Assembly: GCA_965153355.1 (NCBI GenBank)
Contig: OZ231126.1
Coordinates: forward strand, 9,238,001 to 9,302,000
DNA from: Flaccisagitta enflata
Taxonomy: Eukaryota
DNA: 64,000 nucleotides
Direction of reading: 5' to 3'
This document shows positions 1 through 12,489 of this stretch, piece after piece; positions within the stretch are counted from its first letter, which is position 1; every line of letters starts with the position of its first letter. The translations under genes were made by a program, and so were the position numbers. The notes under the pieces are model-generated. The model did not search any database and was not told the DNA's origin. It saw only the letters and a list, made by a program, of their open reading frames with translations.

Positions 1-704
1 CCCAACAGCCCACCCAGCCATCAATGGTACTTATTGAGGTTTAATTTCAAAACTCAAAAAATTTTAAAATTTTGTCAGAAACATGGTCACACATGATTGC
101 TTGAACGCTATTGATAACCATTTTACTGTCATATTGATTTCCTTATTGTATTCAGATAATTTTTTTAGCAATAGAACTGCCAGTGATATATCTTTTTAAG
201 CCTAATTTGCGTGAAGTATGAGCTTACAAAAGAAAATCCAAGTATGGATTCATTCACACTATTCAACGGACTACAGTCGTCTACTTGTCGGAGCGAATTG
301 AAGACGACGATTAAGATATAGCTTATAGTCTTTAGTTTTTAGCCCTGTGTGTTTGTTTGCGCGCTTCTGTCATGTCATGACGAATAAAATATCATTCATA
401 TGTAATAATAAGCAGGCTACATGATGATTATGGTTTTGTTCAATTTTCAAATGTAAAATTGATGAATTTCACCCTGTCCATGGTTGGGTTACCATGAGAC
501 CAGCCAAGAGTGTTCAGTGAGAAGGTTCCCCGGCCCTGATGTCTGGCAAGCGGGCCTATGAAATGAAGACTGTTTGATTTGTGCGGAATCGTGCATTTAA
601 GAGTGTTTGTGTGTGTGTGCGTGTGCGTTTGTAGGGAGGTTGTTTGTCCCTGCATATCTATCCCCGACATTGTTGTAACCAAGGATTACATGTTCCTCAT
701 ATAG

Positions 705-1501
705 GCAGCTTGGAACGAGAAATGTCGTGAGTACTTCAATGAGAATGAGGATGAGGAGAAGGAGGAGAGGAAGAGGAAGAAGGAGAAAGAAGAGGAGGAA
801 AAGGAAGTGAGCGCAGGGATTGAGAAAGGAAGTGAGATGTCACGCTTACGTTTACGATTACGCTTGGAGGACAAGGCGCAGACAGTATCGAGGGACAATA
901 ATGGGATGAGAACAGAGTTGGAAGAGGAGGAGGAAGAAATGGAAGTGGATGATCTTGATCGGTCTGATGATCCCGATTATGATCCTGAATTTGTCGACGA
1001 ATGCTTGGAAGATTCAGAGGAGGATTTTGAGGAGGAGTTGGAATGGGATTCGAAAAATCTGGGGCTAGCCCTGGAAGGCGTGTCGACAGAGAAAGAAAAG
1101 GAGAAAATGGAGGTAGTTGCCTTGTTATAACTATAAATTGTGTTTTAAGGATATCTTGCGCGCATGTTTTTAGGTGCGACAAAGCACCTCTGTAACTGGC
1201 TGTGTCTGTTGCTAAGTTGGTCTGTTTGTCGGGAACGCATTTGTTCGACGATCAACCCGTCGCACCTTATTGGCCTACTTGGCCTAGTTTTTATGCGCTG
1301 AATTTATGCTCAATTTGCGCGTTGGTAATGAGTTCAGTATTATCTTGTAGGAATTTCAAAATGAGAAAAATTTGGAGCATTTCGACATTTTGGTGGGTGA
1401 AGAGGAGAGAGTTGCCTGCCGTCTTTGCAATGCACGAATCCTGTCCAATATAAAATCACTCGCTAACCATTTGAAACTGCAACATGGTTAGACTTAACTA
1501 C

Positions 1502-1590
<89 letters not shown>

Positions 1591-4500
1591 TGACCGACAG
1601 ATACACTGACTGACAGAAAAACAGACTGACACACACTGTATTTGATATTTCTAGCGTGAGAATTGAGTAGCTGATCCTTTCGTCTATCTATGAATGCGTT
1701 CTTGAGTACACAAACATTTAATGCATAATCACCGGCACGTCAAACTGCGAGAGGGGCAATAGTCGCAAAAGATGGTCAGCTATACCCGTGCCCTGCCTTA
1801 GTAGGTTGTGGTTGAAGTTGAGGGGGGAGCCGGGCAGCGGCCCCAAAGAGGTTGATGACATATGCTTTCACACAGGGGTATTTTCTCCTCCTCCTCTGTT
1901 CCCCCTCCCCCCACCCCCAGGCCCATATCTCAGCCTCAAAGCCCATATCCCAGCCTCGAGGCCCAAATCCCAGTCTTGAGGCCCGAATTCCAGCCTCAAG
2001 AAATTTTAGCTGTAAGATGGGATTTGGGCCTTGAGGTTGGGATTTGGACCTCAAGACTGGGATTTGGGCCTCAAGGCTGGGATATGGGCTTTGAGGGTGA
2101 GATATAAGCCTGGAGGTGGGGGGGGTTACGGAGAAGGAGGAGGAGAAAATTCCCGTGTGCAAGCATAGGTCATCGACCCCTTCGGGGCCGCTGACTATTT
2201 GGACAGGTGCAGTGAGGTCCAAAAATAAAAATCATAAAAAAAGTAATGTATAACCGACTGACGGACAAAGCGGGGCGTAGAGTAGCGTACATGCGACTAA
2301 AAAAGGAAAGAAACACGCACATACACACATACATAAACACACACAGACACAGCCACACATACACTGAGACAGCAGAAAATTTGAGAAAAAATGTAAGCCA
2401 AAAAGGGAAAAAAATTAGTTTGAACAATATATTAAGAAAAAAAAACAAGGAAATAAATGCAACCTCTGCAAAAAAATTTGGTATATGAAAGGATGAAAGA
2501 AAATTATAGAAGCAAAAAAATCCCAGAAAAAAAAGACGGTATTGTATGCAAAACCGAATTTCGGGTTTGGTCTCAAAACTGTGCCTCGGCCTTCTCACGG
2601 CTAGACCCGCAAGGCCTTAGTGATGGTTCAGGATCTGACTGGAGACTCCATTAAAAGAAGTTGTCGATTGGATTGGTTGTCTCATCTATTTCTGAATCAG
2701 GTTTAAAACGCTGTGGAGACACTTTCAAGCAACTGGTTTGTCAAAGTGGTTGCGATGAGACATTGAAGTTTTCTTGCTTAAAAGATTACAAAACTCACCA
2801 TAAGAAATTTCATGGTGCGCCAGGTAACTAAACTCAAGATTTTAACTCTCAAAATTGTAAATCAACAAATGTGATCAACCAATGGATTGATGGACTGACG
2901 GATGGATCAAAAAGTGGCCTTAAGTTTTGTATGTCCGCTGCTGAAAGTAGAAAAAGTACATGTCGTCTCCTCACAAAACGATTCTTTCTTCCACGTTTCT
3001 AGCATAACATAATCCCAGGGTCACCTACTTGGGCATATACTCGATATACGACACAACCGAAACCGCCGAGAAACTAGTAGTTCTCCTAGTTTGGACATAG
3101 CGGTGGCGGAAATCTGTTGTGAAAACACTGTCCGAGCTTTCTCTGGTCAAATTTCAGCCCTTCCAATGATTTTAGTCCCAATTTTGATCATTTTCCGTTT
3201 GCCTAATTATGAGAGGGACAAGGGGAGTTATATTGTCGTTACTGTCGATCAATTTTTGTCGTCTTCTTTCCAATAGTCAAGGCTTGGAAGAAACGGATAA
3301 AGGCAGATCGCGTTCGTGGGAAAGTCCGCCGACCAAGGACATCGTTGTGTAACATTTGCGGCATGTCCATAACCAACTCATTATGGAAGCATATGCAAAC
3401 TCATCGCAGAAAAGTCCCTTGCGCCCATCCAGGTACAATTTTTTCCAGTTTCAATACCAGTTTCAGAAAATATACTCAGTAAGATTATCAACATTCCAAC
3501 TCAGACGATAATTCAAGTTGGGTATATGTCCACGTCATTACTATTCATCTAATAGCCGCGAAAGTGTTAGATGGTTAGCAGTACCCGGTGCCCCTAGTTG
3601 GATAAAATTAGTGATTTTTCTTGCCCTGAGAAAATGCGGTAGGGATCAACTGTCGTAGGCCCCAAGGAAAATGTTGAGATCAATCAATGGTCAAATGACT
3701 CGGTAAAGACTTAATGCCTATTGGCTACTGCCACATTTTCCAACAAGGTTGCGGTCAACTAGTTTCCAAAATATATTACAAAACACACATGGGACGTCAT
3801 TTTCCTGGAATGTGTCCCTTTCCTGATTGCAGAATGGAATTCAAGTCACAAAACTCAATCCAAACTCACGTCAGAAAGTAGGAAAATTTTATTAATCCAG
3901 TTAGTGACTGTCGTGACATGTCTCTATGAAGGTGATATAATAATTTGTTTCCTGCTTGATTTTTTTCTCAGCGTTCACAGACCGAGTAGAAAGAAATCGT
4001 TTCAATGCAGCTATTGTTCAAAAACATTCCTGGTTAGTATTGATTACAGCTGGTCAGTCGGTCAAACTGTGCATCCCTCTGTCAGTCCGTCCATTTGACT
4101 TTGATACTTGTCAATACAGTAGTATTAGCGGATGGGTTTGCATTATTTGTCCCTCACACCAAGTCCTCATGTGACCGAGGCAGTTGTATATCAATGGAGC
4201 ATGAATTATCAGTCATAGAAAGACTTTTTTTTTCTGAGGGCTGTTGGTGAGCTGATATTTACAGACAAAAGTGAAATACAAGATGTTAACCCCCCAAAAA
4301 CTGTTACACCCCCCCTACAGCCGCAACCGCTGAATGAAGAAAGGCATATAAGAAAGATAATGGAAGCTTACATCAATATAATTACCCACACTAGAACGAT
4401 TTTGGAATTTCAATCCCAGTAAAAAGTTACAGTAAGAAAAGTAACTAAAATTAACATTTTTTAAGTTATGTTAAAAATGCAATTTTTACTGTTTTTTTTA

Positions 4501-7027
4501 TAATTCTTTACTGGGGATGAAATTCCAAAATCGCTCTGATGAGTCTAATTATATTGATATAAGTTTCCATTCTCTACCTTATATGTTTTTTTTTTTTTTT
4601 TTGCGGTGAAGGCTGTAGGGGGGGGGTGCCACAGTTTTTGGGGGGATAACTTCTTGTATTTCACTTTCGTCTGTAGATGTATCTAAAAGAGTGTGTCTGT
4701 AGGTCTGTCTGTTGAAAGAATGTTTAAGATTTTCTCTTTGATCAGGTTGGGGAGGTGGAGGCTCTAGTGCTTATTCATATTTCTCCCCCCCCCCCCTCCC
4801 CTTTTTTTCACATTTCGCCAGAGATCCAGTTGGTTGCTCCGACACGAGAAAGAAGTTCATGGAGAATTTGATTTCCATTGTCCTGAACCAGATTGTAATC
4901 AGTCTTTCAGGTGTAAAAGAAATCTCATTATGCACAGCAATACGCACAAGACGATCAAACCTTTCCAATGCATGTGGTGCGAATTTACCGGTAGGTTTAA
5001 GGGTGATTTTTTTTGTCAGGCGGAAGTAGCTTTTTAAGTATTATTACTCCAAATTATGTTGTGCTGTGAGCACCAAAGGGCCATAGTTTATATCAAAATG
5101 ATTAAACACGATCTCATTTGAAATTTCTGAGGCACATATGGTACTTTTTTACGAAATTTCCCTCATTTTTTCCCTTTTATTCATGCTTAAAATAGGTCAG
5201 AAAAAGCGTGATTTTTGTGTGATGAGGCAAATTTGCCAAATATTTATCAATAACAATGGAATAAATATTGTGTTTCAGCCCCCATTCTAACCTAAAAGTT
5301 GTTTTCCAGTAATACGAGTTAAAAAACTAAAACTGTTTCATTGAAAACAGCTGTTACAGCGACTTACTAATGCAAGCGTCTTAACTAAAATAATACATTA
5401 TCTTTATGACATCTGACAAATGTGCAAATCAATGCCCAATACGCTCACACTGCATATAAAAATCGCTACAATGTTTTCGATCATGTAGTGTGAAGGTATA
5501 TGAGGCAGCTGAAATGATCAGGACATAGTTAGGTTCTGTTTTGACTATATTGGCGTGGTTGCAAGAGTTTCTGACATTAAGACACTTGGGCAAATAATTG
5601 TCACACATAAGTCACACTCCCATATTTACCCTACTGCACACAAGACAGAGATCTGACTTGTAATATACCTCCCTCACCCATTAATATTCCCACCTTTGTC
5701 ATTATGGTCATTGCATGTATCAAAACATGTAGAAAAAAAGCCTAAAGGTCAATATCGGGAGTTTCTGACATTAAGACAGATGTCTGAAACTCCAGACTTA
5801 GAGAAAAAATGTCAAATTTCTTCCAAAAAAAAGTTATTTTGACACCATGGTATTTAGACGTTTTATACGATTTGGAATTGAATAAGCTACATTTTTTGGT
5901 TGAATTTTTTCCACTTTCACCACCCTGACCCCGTCAGTTGAACCCACTTTAGTCAAAAAAATACATTTTTTGAAGATTTGATATTTAGACGTTTCAGAAA
6001 ATTTGGAATTGAATGAGCCTATCTTTATTTTTGGCAAAAAAATTGTCTTTTGGGGTGAGTGCCCCTGCCCCAGTCCACCCCCAGCCCATTAAGGTCAACA
6101 AACCCAAAAAACGTATAGCGAGAAAGTTGGACTACCTGCCCAGACAGAGAAAAAAGTATTTTTTCCAGTTTGAAAATTGACGATTTTTTCATTTCTACTT
6201 CCCCCTGATTAAAAAAATCACCTAAGTTGAAGTCAGGTTGAGTGAGATCTCGCGCATGCTTGAAAGGTTTCAGTCACTTTGGGTACGGCATTTTAACAAT
6301 GGCCAAAAAAAAAACCGGACGCTGTTTTTTCATTAAGGATTGCTCAGTAACTAAGAAAGACAAACCCTTAAAATCCATGTTGGTTTTAAAGATCTTCAAA
6401 ATATCTTTCATTTTAGCTCTCACAGAACATTGTAGCTTCAGAACTTTAGAAGTTATGATGCTTTAAAGATAACCAGATAACCACTCAGAAATCTCGAATC
6501 TGGAATCAATCTTTTTAGAGTAACCAACTTTGAATTAATATAGCTTGTAAACAAAGAAGAATCATGATTTCTGCATGATTCCATCTTGTAGAGAATAAAA
6601 GATACTTCAATTTTACCTTGAATTCAATTCCATTTATTTGATTTCTTTATTGTACACAATATGTGAAACAAACAAGCCCAACAGGCCAACAGTCGCGTGC
6701 TAAGTTACACAAAACTACACAACTTCATACTACACACAACTACATAACTTCATACTACATACTTACTACATACTTACATACTACATACTTACTTACATAC
6801 TTACATACTTACATACTAACATACTTACATACTTACATTATTACATACTTACCTAATTACATACTTACATATTTACATACTTACATACATACATACTTAC
6901 ATATTTACTTACATACATACATACTACATACTTACATACTTACATACATACATACATACATACATACTTACATACTTACATACATACTTACTTACTTACA
7001 TACTTACATACTTACATACATACTTAC

Positions 7028-7058
<31 letters not shown>

Positions 7059-8677
7059 CATACATACATACATACTTACTTACATACTTACATACATACA
7101 TACTTACATACTTACATACTTACATACTTACATACATACTTACTTACATACTTACATACTTACATACTTACTTACTTACATACTTACATACTTACATACT
7201 TACCTACATACTCACATACTTACACACTTACCTACTTACATACTTACATACTTACTTACATACTTACATACTTACATACTTACTTACCTACATACTCACA
7301 TACTTACATACTTACATACTTACATACTTACATACTTACATACTTACTTACATACTTACATACTTACATACTTACATACTTACATACTTACATACTTACT
7401 TACATACTTACATACTTACTTACATACATACATACTTACATACTTACATACTTACATTCTTACTTACATACTTACTTACATACTTACTAACATACTTACA
7501 TACTTACATACCTACATACTTACATACTTATGTACTTACCTACATGCTCACATACTTACATACTTACCTACTTACCTACTTACATACTTACATACATACT
7601 TACTTAATGAAGCTTATGTTTACATGCTCAAACAATTAAGGCCACCAAGGCATTGCGTTAATGCTTTAAGGCCACTAATGCACAAAATTACTCAAAAAAT
7701 ACACATGTCCAAAAATACCCAAAAATACCCAAAAATACCCATATATACCCAAAAATACCCAAAAATACTAAGAATTTATTAAAAAACATCAAAAGTACCT
7801 ATAACTACCCGAAAATACCTGAAAGTACCCTAAAGTACTTTAAGTACCTAGAATAACTTAAGTACCCTAAAGTGCCCTAAAGTACCCTAAAGTACCCTAA
7901 AGTACTCAAAATTAATCAAAAATCATCAAAACTAGCTAAAGGTACCCAAAAATACCTAAAAGTACCCTAAAGTACCTTAAGTACCTAAAATAACTTAAGT
8001 ACCCTAAAGTACCCTAAAGTACTCTAAAATACCCTAGATTACCTTAAATTACCTTAAAAAAACATAAAAAGTCATAATTTCAAAAATGTGACGGACGGAC
8101 CGACGGACGGACCTACCGACCTACCGACCGACACGGCAAAGTGTAGAGTCGCGTGCACGCGACTAAAAATGTCTTATTGTCAGGCACAGTAATTTGCTTC
8201 CAAGAAAATGGGTGTTGAATTTCAATTTTATGTCATTTCAAAACAACTTAAGCTAGAAGTTTCTGCTTGGTCTTTAAAATGCTCATGGATTTTAAGTAAA
8301 AAGTATGTGCAGTATTCAGTCAATCATGAAAAACTGAGCGTCCGGTTTTTATTTTGGCCACTGTTACGACAAGTCTGTTCCCAGTTCATTTGTGATATGG
8401 AATCTCACAACTGACCATGCGAAAAATTGCACTTGCTTTTCTTTTTTGGTTTAAGTCAGCAATTTGATAAAGTTAAGTTCTGTTTGATGCCCCAGGTGGA
8501 CAGTATAACAACATCCGATCGCACGCTTTGACCTCGCACAAGTTGGAATTCCAAAAGGCTCGAGAGAAGAGGGACAGATATTGGCGTCGTACCGCTGGCG
8601 TTGATAATAAACAATGGCCCTCCGCTGACGTTGTCAATGAACAATTGCCATCCGCTGTTGTTGACGATAAAGGATGA
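705..8677 (+). CDS. ZF-A: multi-exon C2H2 zinc-finger protein (8 fingers), 5' part unresolved, C-terminus cut by an insertion
   Basis: Phase-compatible GT-AG exons 705-1112 (acidic), 1351-1486 (CRLC..HLKLQH), 2701-2823, 3277-3432, 3748-3877, 3972-4032, 4822-4990 (CPEPDC..HSNTH, IKPFQCMWC), 8496-8677 (YNNIRSHALTSH). Exon boundaries match paralogs ZF-B/C/D. TGA at 8675-8677 is created by the insertion starting at 8676. Confidence 0.85.
1172..1287 (+). mobile_element. Short HINE (Helentron-associated, DINE-1-like) element
   Basis: Sits in a T-run; 5' hairpin AGGTGCGACAAAGCACCT, GGTC/GTCT-like repeats, 3' inverted copy GTCGCACCT then GGCC-tactt-GGCC stem-loop. Related copy in reverse at ~32408-32534. 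Confidence 0.7.
1757..2304 (-). mobile_element. Nested HINE-like elements including the GGGCAGCGGCCCC inverted-repeat family
   Basis: GGGCAGCGGCCCC (~1832) pairs with GGGGCCGCTG (~2184); internal GCCTCAA/TTGAGGC repeats; ends in GAGTAGCGTACATGCGACTAAAAA. Homologous to ~57490-57890 and to copies in 43680-46430. Confidence 0.6.
4262..4673. mobile_element. Foldback Tc1/mariner-type MITE
   Basis: TA|CAGACAAAAGTGAAATACAAG ... CTTGTATTTCACTTTCGTCTG|TA; near-palindromic throughout; TA TSD. Confidence 0.85.
5001..6222. mobile_element. Non-autonomous TIR transposon, PIF/Harbinger-like (TAA TSD)
   Basis: TAA|GGGTGATTTTTTTTGTCAGGCGGAAGTAG ... CTACTTCCCCCTGATTAAAAAAATCACC|TAA. Removing it restores an intron start resembling the ZF-C equivalent (gtaagttaaactttgagtcagg at 36079). 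Confidence 0.7.
6281..8382. mobile_element. Degenerate TIR element hosting a nested HINE; superfamily and exact ends uncertain
   Basis: TAACAATGGCCAAAAAAAAAACCGGACGCT (~6294) is the inverse of AGCGTCCGGTTTTTATTTTGGCCACTGTTA (~8337-8366); CTTAAAATCCATG/CATGGATTTTAAG also pair. Confidence 0.6.
6671..8169 (-). mobile_element. HINE expanded by internal (TACATACT)n and (AAGTACCCTA)n arrays
   Basis: Perfect palindrome AGTCGCGTGCACGCGACT+AAAAA at 8147-8169 next to GACG/GACC repeats; AACAAG..GGCC..AGTCGCGTGC at the other end; arrays at ~6750-7610 and ~7710-8055. Confidence 0.75.
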
Positions 8678-11600
8678 GTGCTTATCACAGAGAAATTCGC
8701 GATTTCTCTACATCGTGGCCGTCATTGTCTTTTTGTCTGTTGAACTGGTAGTCGACTTAGGGGATATTTTCTCCTAACCTTTACTAGATGTCAGGCTATG
8801 GTTTGACACCAGGCCCGTTAACCTCAAGTCATTTTCAGCTGGCGTTGAGACTGGAATTATTGTTATGTGATATTTGTGATAAAATATCCTAACGCCGATC
8901 GTTCACTAGTTAAAAATACTTTACGTGCAAAGATTGTGCATTAAAGCTCAGAATCCTTTCACCCTGTGGTGAGATGTGTTGTGATGTATAGGTTAGGACT
9001 TTTCTTTGATTGCTTAGGTGTTGGAGCACCCACCGAAGATGTGTTGTGATTTTGAGGATTTTCATGAATTTAGCTAAAAAAGAGTGTAAGAGGGTAGGAA
9101 CTTATGTAATTTGACTGTTTCTTAGAAGAAATGATGCTATTGGGAGTCTATGTGGCAAACATTTCAGTAGTAGTCCAATAACTAGTGGAGATTTGAAGCT
9201 AAAATCAACTAAGTATGAAAAACACCCATAAGTAGGGTGGTTCACTCCTTAAAGGGAAAAGGTCATGAGTAATTTTTTTTCAAAAATTAGGTTTTTAAGG
9301 TAGGATATGATATTTTAGATTGCTCTGAATACTCCCAAGTGGTTTTCAAGTACTTTGATAAAAAAATTGAGTCAAAAATCATTAAAAACACGCAAAACGC
9401 AAGTATGCTACACAGAAAAACTTGCCGTTTTTAACATTTTTGCTGATTTTTTTTTCAGTATTTTTTGACTGAATATGGATTTGAATGCTGTTTTTAAGTT
9501 CACTAGGTCCTACTTGACAGGTAAATTCAATCAAAATTTTTTTTTGTTTCGGGTCCATCTGTTTAAAGAGTGCTTATCACAGAGAAATTCGCGATTTCTC
9601 TACATCGTGGCCGTCATTGTCTTTTTGTCTGTTGAACTGGTAGTCGACCTAGGGGATATTTTCTCCTAACCTTTACTAGATGTCAGGCTATGGTTTGACA
9701 CCAGGCCCGTTAACCTCAAGTCATTTTCAGCTGGCGTTGAGACTGGAATTATTGTTATGTGATATTTGTGATAAAATATCCTAACGCCGATCGTTCACTA
9801 GTTAAAAATACTTTACGTGCAAAGATTGTGCATTAAAGCTCAGAATCCTTTCACCCTGTGGTGAGATGTGTTGTGATGTATAGGTTAGGACTTTTCTTTG
9901 ATTGCTTAGGTGTTGGAGCACCCACCGAAGATGTGTTGTGATTTTGAGGATTTTCATGAATTTAGCTAAAAAAGAGTGTAAGAGGGTAGGAACTTATGTA
10001 ATTTGACTGTTTCTTAGAAAAAATGATGCTATTGGGAGTCTATGTGGCAAACATTTCAGTAGTAGTCCAATAACTAGTGGAGATTTGAAGCTAAAATCAA
10101 CTAAGTATGAAAAACACCCATAAGTAGGGTGGTTCACTCCTTAAAGGGAAAAGGTCATGAGTAATTTTTTTTCAAAAATTAGGTTTTTAAGGTAGGATAT
10201 GATATTTTAGATTGCTCTGAATACTCCCAAGTGGTTTTCAAGTACTTTGATAAAAAAAATTGAGTCAAAAAACATTAAAAACACGCAAAACGCAAGTATG
10301 CCACACAGAAAAACTTGCCGTTTTTAACATTTTTGCTGATTTTTTTCAATATTTTTTGACTGAATATGGATTTGAATGCTGTTTTTAAGTTCACTAGGTC
10401 CTACTGGACAGGTAAATTCAATCAAAATTTTTTTTTGTTTCGGGTCCATCTGTTTAAAGAGTGCTTATCACAGAGAAATTCGCGATTTCTCTACATCGTG
10501 GCCGTCATTGTCTTTTTGTCTGTTGAACTGGTAGTCGACCTAGGGGATATTTTCTCCTAACCTTTACTAGATGTCAGGCTATGGTTTGACACCAGGCCCG
10601 TTAACCTCAAGTCATTTTCAGCTGGCGTTGAGACTGGAATTATTGTTATGTGATATTTGTGATAAAATATCCTAACGCCGATCGTTCACTAGTTAAAAAT
10701 ACTTTACGTGCAAAGATTGTGCATTAAAGCTCAGAATCCTTTCACCCTGTGGTGAGATGTGTTGTGATGTATAGGTTAGGACTTTTCTTTGATTGCTTAG
10801 GTGTTGGAGCACCCACCGAAGATGTGTTGTGATTTTGAGGATTTTCATGAATTTAGCTAAAAAAGAGTGTAAGAGGGTAGGAACTTGTGTAATTTGACTG
10901 TTTCTTAGAAAAAATGATGCTATTGGGAGTCTATGTGGCAAACATTTCAGTAGTAGTCCAATAACTAGTGGAGATTTGAAGCTAAAATCAACTAAGTATG
11001 AAAAACACCCATAAGTAGGGTGGTTCACTCCTTAAAGGGAAAAGGTCATGAGTAATTTTTTTTCAAAAATTAGGTTTTTAAGGTAGGATATGATATTTTA
11101 GATTGCTCTGAATACTCCCAAGTGGTTTTCAAGTACTTTGATAAAAAAATTGAGTCAAAAATCATTAAAAACACGCAAAACGCAAGTATGCTACACAGAA
11201 AAACTTGCCGTTTTTAACATTTTTGCTGATTTTTTTCAATATTTTTTGACTGAATATGGATTTGAATGCTGTTTTTAAGTTCACTAGGTCCTACTTGACA
11301 GGTAAATTCAATCAAAATTTTTTTTTGTTTCGGGTCCATCTGTTTAAAGAGTGCTTATCATAGAGAAATTCGCGATTTCTCTACATCGTGGCCGTCATTG
11401 TCTTTTTGTCTGTTGAACTGGTAGTCGACTTAGGGGATATTTTCTCCTAACCTTTACTAGATGTCAGGCTATGGTTTGACACCAGGCCCGTTAACCTCAA
11501 GTCATTTTCAGCTGGCGTTGAGACTGGAATTATTGTTATGTGATATTTGTGATAAAATATCCTAACGCCGATCGTTCACTAGTTAAAAATACTTTACGTG

Positions 11601-11920
11601 CAAAGATTGTGCATTAAAGCTCAGAATCCTTTCACCCTGTGGTGAGATGTGTTGTGATGTATAGGTTAGGACTTTTCTTTGATTGCTTAGGTGTTGGAGC
11701 ACCCACCGAAGATGTGTTGTGATTTTGAGGATTTTCATGAATTTAGCTAAAAAAGAGTGTAAGAGGGTAGGAACTTATGTAATTTGACTGTTTCTTAGAA
11801 GAAATGATGCTATTGGGAGTCTATGTGGCAAACATTTCAGTAGTAGTCCAATAACTAGTGGAGATTTGAAGCTAAAATCAACTAAGTATGAAAAACACCC
11901 ATAAGTAGGGTGGTTCACTC
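8676..11920. mobile_element. Non-coding composite insertion A-B-A-B-A-B-A with 4-bp TSD GGAT
   Basis: A (572 bp, GAGTG...CACTC): 8676-9247, 9568-10139, 10459-11030, 11349-11920. B (318-320 bp): 9248-9567, 10140-10458, 11031-11348. GGAT at 8672-8675 and 11921-11924. The ZF-A reading frame resumes after the insertion. Confidence 0.92.
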
Positions 11921-12489
11921 GGATTGCCCTCTACTGGCGCCGGCGTTGGCATAGACGATGAACAATAGCCATCCGCAAATATAGACGATGAGTCTTAATA
12001 TATCCACGTCATTACATACACAATTTTCTTTCGCGATTTGATGGAGATTTGATTTTGAGCATCACATACTTCCCTACCTCTCTTCAATTTTGTCCTTAGT
12101 TTGGTGCTCTTAATCATTTCAAACTTTGCTTTGGGTCATTCCCGGGCCATTCCAGCATCAGACCTGTACATCTTGCTTTCCTTCCGAGTAGCAGATATTT
12201 TTCCTGAAAATCTTCCGGCAAATCAAACTATGCTTTCATATGCTAGACTTAGACTCGAAAGTTTTCCTAGGTCAGTCAGTAGCTCAATCTTTTGCATGGA
12301 CCTGCTCAGCGCTTTCAATAATGCACGTTTCAAATTTCAAGGTTCTGGCTCAAATACTTTAGAAGTTATGAGCATTTGTTTGAACCATATCAAACTGAAA
12401 AAGTTCCAAGAGAATTTTTAAACTTTCTTTGAAAATATGGCCGGCAGTGAATTTCAACAGAGTCCAAGTTTCTTGAAAAAAAAGTAAAG

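Noticed and set aside
8676-11920. Classical LTR retrotransposon/TRIM assignment
   Set aside because: No TG...CA ends, PBS or PPT; left unclassified.
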